A stretch of 64,000 nucleotides of DNA from an uncultured Pseudomonadales bacterium (GTDB taxonomy: Bacteria; Patescibacteriota; Microgenomatia; UBA1400; PJMF01), in the NCBI GenBank assembly GCA_964650185.1, contig CAZYRN010000006.1, forward strand, positions 168 through 64,167. Reading direction: 5' to 3'. The first letter of the stretch is position 1; the number at the start of each line of letters is the position of its first letter. Below the pieces are notes generated by a model that saw nothing but the letters and a program-made list of their open reading frames with translations, ran no database searches and was not told the origin of the DNA. Shown in pieces: positions 56,625 through 64,000 of the stretch. The translations under genes were made by a program, and so were the position numbers.

Positions 56625-57815
56625 ATGAAATCTTTCTCAAAGTTATTTTTTCCCCTCTTAGTACTGTTGCTGTTGATAGTTGGGGGAGGCTTGATCTGGG
56701 CAAGATCGGGTGGAAAATTGAATCTGCCTTTTATCAAAACCAAACCAATAAACGGAATGCTGATGTTAATTGAGTTTGAAGATATCGAAGGCATTCTACA
56801 TTGGGAAAAAGAACTTGACCAAAGAGGCTTAACTGCCATGGTTAAAGTGCAAAATAATGTTTTGGAAGAACATCCCGATGTGTTTGCTCGGTTAGCGGCA
56901 AAAAACTATGAGATTGCTGGCGGCTATGATGAAGCAGCTTTTTGGGACATGCCATATGAAGAACAGTATCGCTATTTGCAGGAATCTCAAGAGCTGGTTG
57001 AGTCAGTCACCAAAAAACCAATGCGAGTTTTTGGCAGCCGTTATTTTGCTTATGATGAAAATACACTGAAAGCTGCCGATGAGCTTGGGATTGAATATCT
57101 GCTGGCTCGCGGTACTCATGATGTAGCAGCGGTGATTTATGCTCCAAATGAATATCAAACTAAAATAATCTCAGTCACGAATGTGGAGAATGGTGAGATG
57201 GGACGAGGTTCACTGTGCGATTATAGTTTGTGGGCAAGAGGTGCTGATGCAGCTGAATTTGCGCAAATTTTAGAAGAGAGTTTGGCTAAAGAGCCGGAGA
57301 ATATGATCTTAGTTTCTCATGCTTATCTGGGTGGAACTAGACAAGAGTGGTGGCTGGAGTACCAAAAGATGTTAGCGACTGATCAAGTCAGCTGGGTTGG
57401 TTTTGATGAGTGGGTTGCCAGGCAAGAAATTTTGCAAATGGCCAACGCCGAGATTCCAGTAAATCGAGAAGTCAAGTATGTGGAGCCAAAACCGGCTAAA
57501 GCCATGGCAGATTATGCTCCAGTTTCTGATTTAAATCAGGATCAGTTAGTTATGTTTCACAATGGTTTGGGAGAAATGTGTTTGGAGGCAATTGATTTTT
57601 TTAAAGAACATCAACTGAATTATCAGGAGTATCTAAATACGGAAGCTGAGTTTACCAGCACTTTAGCTAAATATCGACAAGAGTATCCGCAGTCAACTGG
57701 TGTCTCTGAATCCTATGGTTATCTGCCGATTATTTTCTACCAAGGCAAAGCCTATTCTGGATTCAATGATGAGATTGGCCAGAGTATCTTGGTAGATTGG
57801 CAAGCAGTTCATTAA
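56625..57815 (+). CDS. Polysaccharide deacetylase-like barrel with a C-terminal glutaredoxin-like domain
   Basis: N-terminal TM helix; NodB-like pattern (YEIA, EEQ, F...YF.YDENT) with degenerate metal motifs; C-terminal MC..A..F...LP.I......SGF; SD GAAAGGAG. Confidence 0.65.
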   Translation: MKSFSKLFFPLLVLLLLIVGGGLIWARSGGKLNLPFIKTKPINGMLMLIEFEDIEGILHWEKELDQRGLTAMVKVQNNVLEEHPDVFARLAAKNYEIAGGYDEAAFWDMPYEEQYRYLQESQELVESVTKKPMRVFGSRYFAYDENTLKAADELGIEYLLARGTHDVAAVIYAPNEYQTKIISVTNVENGEMGRGSLCDYSLWARGADAAEFAQILEESLAKEPENMILVSHAYLGGTRQEWWLEYQKMLATDQVSWVGFDEWVARQEILQMANAEIPVNREVKYVEPKPAKAMADYAPVSDLNQDQLVMFHNGLGEMCLEAIDFFKEHQLNYQEYLNTEAEFTSTLAKYRQEYPQSTGVSESYGYLPIIFYQGKAYSGFNDEIGQSILVDWQAVH

Positions 57816-57820
57816 GCAAG

Positions 57821-58369
57821 CTAGTGTTTAGTTACTGGCTGTTGAAACCGATATACTTCATTAATTTCCCAAGGCTGAAAGCGGTGGTGAGTAAAAAGTG
57901 TGAGGTTGTCTATCACAAATTTCACTTCTAGTTTAAGTGACCTGATTTGCTGTTTTACTTGTGGCAACTGATCATGAGTGATTCGATTGGCGATGGTTAG
58001 ATGAGGAGTAAAATTCTCTTGATCGGGCAAAAACCGAATTGTTTGAGACAGACTTTGTTCTAGCCGGCGAAATGGCTGGCCTTTTTCCGGTAATAACACC
58101 ACCGTGGCATCTTTTTTATGAGAAAATGAGCCGACTTTCTTCAGGATGGCAGTAAAAGGCACTTGTTGACGCGACCATTTTTCCAGTTGCTCAGTCAGTG
58201 GCTTAGCAAAATGATAAGTAAAGGGTCTTTTGAGTGTGATATGAGGTGGGCTGGACAGATTCACCCGGTTTTCGAGCCGCTGACGAAGCTGAGCTAGTTC
58301 CGTTGCCTCTGGCTTAGGTAACGTTATTCCTAAAAAATACTCTAAATCAGGATCGAGTTGATAAGCCAT
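57821..58369 (-). CDS. 2H phosphoesterase (2'-5' RNA ligase family)
   Basis: PHITL and PHLTI motifs. Confidence 0.9.
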   Translation of the reverse strand: MAYQLDPDLEYFLGITLPKPEATELAQLRQRLENRVNLSSPPHITLKRPFTYHFAKPLTEQLEKWSRQQVPFTAILKKVGSFSHKKDATVVLLPEKGQPFRRLEQSLSQTIRFLPDQENFTPHLTIANRITHDQLPQVKQQIRSLKLEVKFVIDNLTLFTHHRFQPWEINEVYRFQQPVTKH

Positions 58370-58517
58370 GATTTAATTTATTGTAACAAAAAGCCCTTAG
58401 CTGATGATTAATACTTTGGTAAGAATTGGCAGCATTTTTCTCACATTGCCCGTGAGGTTAATTCAGCTGGTTCAGGACTATATCGCCAAGTGTCAGCAAA
58501 TTATTAAGATTTATTTA

Positions 58518-58994
58518 TCAGAATTGATGGTCTTCTAGCGCTAACAAAGCCTTTTTATAAGTGGGACCGGGCGCATAACCCCCCAAGCTGCCATTGCTGG
58601 CAATCACTCGGTGGCAGGGAACTATAATCTCAATCGGATTTCGACCAATGGCTGTACCGACAGCGCGGACTGCTTTTGGCCGCCCAACTTGATGTGCAAT
58701 TTCTTGATAGTTAGAAAGCTGGCCAAAAGGTATTTTGAGCAATTCTTGCCAGACGGCTTGCTGAAAATTAGAGCCCTTGAATCTTATGGGTAGCTTAAAC
58801 TTATTTAATTTACCGGCAAAATAACTCATCAGTTGCTGCTTAGTTTTATTGAGAATGGGGTGATTTGGAGCCTCGCTCCAACCATAGTCAATGGCATCGG
58901 CAGGAGGATTAATAAATTTTAGGGCAAGTAAGGCATCATCATCAGCAGCTGCTAGAATTAAACCTGCCGACGACTGGATCAATTGATAGTACAT
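58518..58994 (-). CDS. ogt: Methylated-DNA-protein-cysteine methyltransferase
   Basis: FQ..VW..L..IP.G, RAVG.A...NP and PCHRV. Confidence 0.95.
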   Translation of the reverse strand: MYYQLIQSSAGLILAAADDDALLALKFINPPADAIDYGWSEAPNHPILNKTKQQLMSYFAGKLNKFKLPIRFKGSNFQQAVWQELLKIPFGQLSNYQEIAHQVGRPKAVRAVGTAIGRNPIEIIVPCHRVIASNGSLGGYAPGPTYKKALLALEDHQF

Positions 58995-59128
58995 AGCATC
59001 ATTCTACTAAAGACGGTTCAGAGCTTAAGTAAGAGAACTGCAATAGTTTTAATTATTCTTCAAATACTACAGCAAATAGTTGTATACTATTTTTTATCGC
59101 AGTTATTTCTTATTGAAGTGAAAGTTTG

Positions 59129-59626
59129 ATGAAAAAGTCATTGGTGGTTTATGACTCAAAATATGGGAACACTGAGTTGGTGGCTAAAACGATTGCAGCA
59201 GAACTAAGTGTTAATTTTGAGAATCAGTTGTTATATGTGGAAGCTGTCTCAGATCAGGATCTCATGGAGGCTGAGTTGTTAATAATTGGTTCACCCACTC
59301 ATGGTGGGCGACCAACCGCTATGATTCAAAAACTAGTAGATCGAATTATTGATATCAGCACAGATCAACAGAAGTGTGCCTGTTTTGATACTAGATATGC
59401 TGAGGAAAATGTTGATTGGAATTTAAGGATGCTGATGAACGTGATTGGTTTTGCTGCTCCAAAAATGGCTGAAAAATTGGAAGAGTCAGGCAGGCAGGAG
59501 GTCTTAGCATATGAGGGGTTTATTGTAACTGAAAGAGATGGGCCACTTCAGTCAGGTGAACTGGATCGGGTGAGAGCTTGGGCCCAGCAGGTGATGGCTA
59601 GAGCAGAAAACTTCAGTCAGGAATAA
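59129..59626 (+). CDS. Flavodoxin-family protein
   Basis: YDSKYGNT, GSPT and FDTR motifs. Confidence 0.9.
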   Translation: MKKSLVVYDSKYGNTELVAKTIAAELSVNFENQLLYVEAVSDQDLMEAELLIIGSPTHGGRPTAMIQKLVDRIIDISTDQQKCACFDTRYAEENVDWNLRMLMNVIGFAAPKMAEKLEESGRQEVLAYEGFIVTERDGPLQSGELDRVRAWAQQVMARAENFSQE

Positions 59627-59648
59627 TCGTCAAGTTAGGAATGATTGT

Positions 59649-60311
59649 CTAGTCGGGAACAACCGTCGCTAGTTCAGTAATTTTATCCAAGTCGTAAATA
59701 TATGTCAGTTGTTTATCACGGGAAATCAAGCCTTCTCGTTCCATCTTTTTCATCTCAATACTGGTTGTTTCCCTAGTAACACCAATTAAGCATGATAAAT
59801 CATAGTGAGTCAGCGGCAGTTCTACTCTAATAAAACCATTTTCTTTTTTACCAAATCTTTTGGCTAGGATCAGTAAAATCGTCGCCAATTTTTCTCGTGA
59901 GTTATTAAAAGTTAAGGATTCTATTCTAGCTAAATAGCCATTGATGCCAACGCCAATTTGTTGGAGCAAATTAAGCGTAATCATCGGCTTAGTCTGTAAG
60001 TAAGTTAGCGTGTGGCTAAAGGGAGCGACATATACTTCAGTTTCAATTAAGGCTTGATAATAATGGCGGTTGGTGTGTTCTTGCAGCATTTGGATTAAGA
60101 ACAGCATTGAGCCAGGTTTAAAAATATTCAGGGTGAACTCATCACCCTTTTTGGTGACGGAGTACTGCCGGACTGCGCCCGCTTTAATAAAGTAAACTTG
60201 ACTCATTTCTTGTCCGGGCCATAATATCAGCTCCTTCTTTTTGAAAGTCAGCTTTTTGTATCGGGAAAAGTATTCTTTGAGCTCCGCTTTAATAGACTGA
60301 TGTGCATCCAT
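59649..60311 (-). CDS. Crp/Fnr-family transcriptional regulator
   Basis: cNMP-like beta barrel and HTH LTH.DL..LIGVTRETTS. Confidence 0.93.
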   Translation of the reverse strand: MDAHQSIKAELKEYFSRYKKLTFKKKELILWPGQEMSQVYFIKAGAVRQYSVTKKGDEFTLNIFKPGSMLFLIQMLQEHTNRHYYQALIETEVYVAPFSHTLTYLQTKPMITLNLLQQIGVGINGYLARIESLTFNNSREKLATILLILAKRFGKKENGFIRVELPLTHYDLSCLIGVTRETTSIEMKKMEREGLISRDKQLTYIYDLDKITELATVVPD

Positions 60312-60378
60312 ATCAATCTATTGTAACATTAAAAAGTCAAGATCTATCAGCTTATTGTTAGCAATCTTACATAGTAAA

Positions 60379-60421
60379 TGTCAGTGGAATTACAGATCGG
60401 ACGATATGGGGTTGCTATTGT
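60379..60421 (+). promoter_or_regulatory. CRP-like site and extended -10 promoter
   Basis: TGTCA-N6-TTACA at 60379-60394; TG-n-TATTGT at 60413-60421. Confidence 0.55.
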
Positions 60422-60460
60422 GAAAGTAGTAATAGTTTACCTTCTGAAAGGAGGGCTAAC

Positions 60461-60781
60461 ATGATAGGAAAAACAGTAGCAGCCACTGTCGCTGCAGCAG
60501 TGTTAATGGTAGGAGGAGCCAGTATCGCTTCTGCCGTTGGTGGTAATTATTATGGTAATTTCTTTGATCGAGGTGATGAAAGCAGTGCTCGCATAGAAAT
60601 CCGCAATGAAGACACCAATGTGGGCGTAGATGCCAAAGCTTATGCCAATAGTGGTGAGAATGAGCAAGAAATTGAAGTCTCACTGGCAGATAGCCGAAGC
60701 AGATTTTCTCGTCACAGCTTCTGGGGTTATCAAGGCGGTCAAGCTGGCGATCCTTATCAAGGGATGATGACTAGGGGATGA
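60461..60781 (+). CDS. Exported hypothetical protein
   Basis: Strong SD GAAAGGAGG and signal peptide. Confidence 0.6.
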   Translation: MIGKTVAATVAAAVLMVGGASIASAVGGNYYGNFFDRGDESSARIEIRNEDTNVGVDAKAYANSGENEQEIEVSLADSRSRFSRHSFWGYQGGQAGDPYQGMMTRG

Positions 60782-61470
60782 TCAGCTTTTTAAGCAGAGC
60801 AACAGTGGAGAGCCGCGATATTGAAATAATGGCTAATAACTCAGCTTTTAGTGAAAGTAAGCTCTATTATCGGCCAAGTGGCAAAACTGGTGATGAAAAA
60901 TTAGTTCGCGATCATGAAGATGAGGATGAGTCAGCTGGTCAGCCTCACTTACAGGTGACAGCTGCTCATAACGTCAATCAGTTTGTAAATGCTGGTGATG
61001 AGGTTATCTTTGAACTAACACTGAACAACTCTGGCGATCACAGCTATGAGACCAGGATGATGGCTTTATTGATCGACGGCGAAGGCAACGTGATCGGCGG
61101 CGGCGAGATTCCTCTAGGAAAAGTCACTGCAGGTGAAAAGATTGGTCTTTCTTTCCAGATGCAAATTCCCCCAGACGCTGGTTCTGGAACTTACTCCCTA
61201 TTAGCTTGGGCAGAAGGATTCAACAACCTTGATGACTATGTAGAATCTAATGAGGCCATTACTTCTTTCCAAGTTAATGGTCAATGGGTGAGTGCCACAC
61301 TTTCTTCAGCTGATGAAAGTCCTCTCTCAGTTGGGGAAGTCTTGGGTGCTGGTCCAGATTTAGCTGCGACCGCCCCCATGGTTAGCTCACCGTTTCACTT
61401 CCTGCAACTATTGGTGCTGTTAATCATTGAAGCGATCATTAGAAGAGTGAGAATGGTCAGTCTAATCTAA
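60778..61470 (+). CDS. Ig-like (CARDB-type) domain protein with a C-terminal TM anchor
   Basis: V.AGDEV.F.LTL.NSG...IP.DA.SG.Y.L pattern, GEVLGA motif and hydrophobic tail. Confidence 0.6.
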   Translation: MISFLSRATVESRDIEIMANNSAFSESKLYYRPSGKTGDEKLVRDHEDEDESAGQPHLQVTAAHNVNQFVNAGDEVIFELTLNNSGDHSYETRMMALLIDGEGNVIGGGEIPLGKVTAGEKIGLSFQMQIPPDAGSGTYSLLAWAEGFNNLDDYVESNEAITSFQVNGQWVSATLSSADESPLSVGEVLGAGPDLAATAPMVSSPFHFLQLLVLLIIEAIIRRVRMVSLI

Positions 61471-61482
61471 GTCAGTTTATGA

Positions 61483-63084
61483 CTACCATCCTTCATCAAG
61501 GTAAGAGAGCGGCAAACGATACTCGTAAAGTTCTAAACCCGGTGAGAAATCTTTTTGCTCAACTAATTCGAAGTTATTTCTCATGTAGGTTTTAATCTCC
61601 TCTTCATAACCTTGATCGTAAGATAAAACCAACACAATTGATTCATAGATTTGACTGTAGGTTTCTAGTTGCTGTTGCAGTTCAGCTTCTGAATACGGAG
61701 GTATGCCAGTTGGAGTATAGCGATTCCAATAGGGAATAGTTTCGATTTTTGCGTGTCCTTGATAGTAGTACTCAATGGGATAGATAGTAAAGGGAGCACT
61801 CACAGTGATGACTGATTCGTTAGAAATATGCGAGGATAAATACTCTGATACAGCTCTATAATCTTCTTTTTCTGCTATATTTTTGTATACAGATTGCTGG
61901 TACTGAAAAATGACCGTTCCCACCAAAATTAAACCAATCGTAGCTGTAAACAAGGGTTTACTAAACTGGTCAATTAGTAATGCTAATAAGTAAAATAATG
62001 ATGGAGTAATGAAAATTAAATATCGTGATACTAGCAGTGGCCGGTAAAGATAGGAAAGAATCATCGTTAAAATAATTGGTCCAAAAGTGAGTAGCAGGTA
62101 GTAACTGGTATGAGTGATCCGTTGTTTTTTTCTTTTGCTGAAAGAGAAAAAGAGAAAGATCACTACTAAAGGCCAAATCGATATCAAAACTGCTTCGGTA
62201 CTGGTAGTCTGAAAACCGCTAAAAAAATGGACAAAGATCTGGAGAAAATTGTAAGTGGTGGGAGGAGTCAGTAATGGTTTGGTATTAGCTGAACTGCCTT
62301 GAGACATAACATAGAGTGCCCAAGGCAAAAACGACAAAGCGACTACCGCTAGCATTTTGCTAAATTTAATCATTGCCGGCCAGGTAGATTTAAATGCAGC
62401 CCAATCCAGTTTCCAGCCCACTCTTTCTTTAGCAAACTGGTCTGTTTGAGACTCATCCTCGTATTGGCTGAGTCGATAAAAGAAGAGATAAATCAGTTGA
62501 AACAAAATCACCAAACCAAAAAAATAATGCGTGTAAATACCGATGACTGCGGTAGCAATGTACCAAAAGATGTATTGAGAAAAATCGCTATTGATCAACT
62601 TAATAAATAAATAATGAGCAACAATAGTAATTGGGGTGAACAGACTGTACATTCTAGCTTCTGTCCCATACCAGGTTAAAAATGGAGAAAGAAAATACAG
62701 CAAGGTTGTAATAAAAGCTATTTTTTTAGTGGCCGTTGTTTGAGCCATTTTGTAAACAGCCGGTATGGAAAAAATAAAAAATATAGTGGACAGCAATCGA
62801 ACGTAAATTACATTGTTGCCAAAGATCTGAATCACCAAATGAGATAAGACGGCATATAGTGGGACGTGAACGTCGCGGGCAATGTAACTTAAAATACCGG
62901 GAATAGTTTTAGTGCTTGCCCATAACTGTTGTGATTCGTCTAAGCGTAGCGAGGTATTTAAATTTAGCACAATCGCTGTTAGCTCCATCACCACTGCCGC
63001 GATGACTAAGATAAATAAGATCCAGGTGCTGAGGTTAGGTTTTGAAAATAACTCGCTTCGTTGTATACCACTGCTTTTTAACAT
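61483..63084 (-). CDS. GT39/PMT-like glycosyltransferase
   Basis: LDE, DVHVPLY, RLLS, EARMY, YTHYF and RY motifs; multi-TM. Confidence 0.88.
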   Translation of the reverse strand: MLKSSGIQRSELFSKPNLSTWILFILVIAAVVMELTAIVLNLNTSLRLDESQQLWASTKTIPGILSYIARDVHVPLYAVLSHLVIQIFGNNVIYVRLLSTIFFIFSIPAVYKMAQTTATKKIAFITTLLYFLSPFLTWYGTEARMYSLFTPITIVAHYLFIKLINSDFSQYIFWYIATAVIGIYTHYFFGLVILFQLIYLFFYRLSQYEDESQTDQFAKERVGWKLDWAAFKSTWPAMIKFSKMLAVVALSFLPWALYVMSQGSSANTKPLLTPPTTYNFLQIFVHFFSGFQTTSTEAVLISIWPLVVIFLFFSFSKRKKQRITHTSYYLLLTFGPIILTMILSYLYRPLLVSRYLIFITPSLFYLLALLIDQFSKPLFTATIGLILVGTVIFQYQQSVYKNIAEKEDYRAVSEYLSSHISNESVITVSAPFTIYPIEYYYQGHAKIETIPYWNRYTPTGIPPYSEAELQQQLETYSQIYESIVLVLSYDQGYEEEIKTYMRNNFELVEQKDFSPGLELYEYRLPLSYLDEGW

Positions 63085-63113
63085 AACTGCAATTCTGTTT
63101 TAATCGGTTAATT

Positions 63114-64000
63114 TCAATCATAATAAACCGGCTTTGTGGCCGGCGGCGTTGACTTAGACTGAGACCAGCCCCACCATCTGTTTTTGAGCTTTTCCCAAGG
63201 AATAGCTGCATAAATAAATGGCATAAAAAGGATGGAGTTAAAAGCTGCCCAGGATAAATTAGTAACCACGGAAGGACTAATGCCTTCTCTGGACAGAGCC
63301 ACTAAGCCAGCTAAGATTACCAAACCAATGTAGATGAGGTGAGGATAGGCAAGTGATAAATAGTTGCCGCTCTGAGCTTGTTTAGCAGTAACCTTAAAGC
63401 CCATCTTCTTTTTCAGCAGGGTGCTGATCACCGCTGTCACTTGCAGCACCCAACTAGAGTGGGTAAATGAGATGGCGCGTAGGGTGAGTGACTTATCAGA
63501 AACTAAGTGCAATGTATACAAAATCAAGCTGATAAAAGGCAGGAAAAAAATGGCAAAAATGGTAGTCGTAGCGGAAATTGGACTCCAGCCAAAGAATAAA
63601 AAGAGCAATGGGATAAGAGCATCAATCAGGATGATCACTCCATTAGCATAAAATAATGATGATGATAAATACTCAAGCCGTTGAGCCCAGCTCAAGCCTT
63701 TAGTAAAAAGAGGATTGTGATGAAATAATATTTCCAGCGAGCCCCGCGCCCAGCGAAATTGCTGATTATGATAAGAAAGCAGATCTTCAGGGGCTAGACC
63801 ATAAGCCAGCACTTCCGGCACGTAGACAGATTTCCAACCCTGCTGATGAATGAAAAATGAGGTTAGAAAGTCTTCGGCAATGCTGTCTTCATTCATGCCG
63901 CCAGCTTGCAGTAAAGCTGTTCTTCTCATCACCACGTTCGTGCCGCAAATGAAAGCAGCATTAGAATAATTTTTCCCCCGCATAATTGGTCCAAAGAAAA
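63114..64000 (-). CDS. GT2 cellulose-synthase-like glycosyltransferase (C-terminal part; runs off window end)
   Basis: CGTN, IAED, GLAPE, QQFRWARG and FKVTAK motifs followed by TM helices. Confidence 0.92.
   Translation of the reverse strand, partial: FFGPIMRGKNYSNAAFICGTNVVMRRTALLQAGGMNEDSIAEDFLTSFFIHQQGWKSVYVPEVLAYGLAPEDLLSYHNQQFRWARGSLEILFHHNPLFTKGLSWAQRLEYLSSSLFYANGVIILIDALIPLLFLFFGWSPISATTTIFAIFFLPFISLILYTLHLVSDKSLTLRAISFTHSSWVLQVTAVISTLLKKKMGFKVTAKQAQSGNYLSLAYPHLIYIGLVILAGLVALSREGISPSVVTNLSWAAFNSILFMPFIYAAIPWEKLKNRWWGWSQSKSTPPATKPVYYD

Noticed and set aside
58381-58510. Short open stretch between the 2H phosphoesterase gene and ogt
   Set aside because: No start codon and no recognisable family; too short to support a call.
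1-64000. CRISPR array or cas genes
   Set aside because: No regularly spaced 25-45 bp repeats with unique spacers and no cas motifs were seen; the repeats found are short with 2-3 copies.

Overview
64 kb of a small-genome bacterium using genetic code 11. Gene content suggests Patescibacteria/CPR, Microgenomates-like (inference from the archaeal-type UMP kinase, salvage-type nucleotide genes, many TM glycosyltransferases and CPR-style serine recombinases). Layout: (1) 1-12.9 kb core genes: membrane redox/glycosylation, pyrimidine salvage (upp, pyrH, MazG-like), then dnaG-[CsoR-family regulator, trxA, trxB, gdh]-rpoD and tRNA-Asn. (2) 13-28 kb patchy accessory region starting with a truncated serine recombinase whose stop lies in the tRNA 3' end; it holds gene fragments, a cobalamin-type riboswitch with terminator upstream of an orphan gene, a two-component system and a copper-ATPase operon. 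(3) ~28-48.5 kb visibly AT-richer defence island: intact large serine recombinase; a 793-aa Zn-ribbon/PD-(D/E)xK-like protein coupled to a multi-TM protein; a type I R-M operon with an extra MTase-TRD-HEPN-like fusion between hsdS and hsdR and coupled TIR and HEPN-motif genes after hsdR; a GmrSD-HEPN gene; and a decayed IS3. (4) 48.5-64 kb: VTC/CotH/DUF4956 cluster (VTC gene frameshifted in an A7 run), arsR-thioredoxin-arsP, SRAP, amidase, ogt, Crp regulator and glycosyltransferases. Best candidates for new biology are the effector-loaded type I R-M operon, the nuclease+TM pair and the riboswitch-controlled orphan. All calls come from motif recognition by eye; no searches were run.
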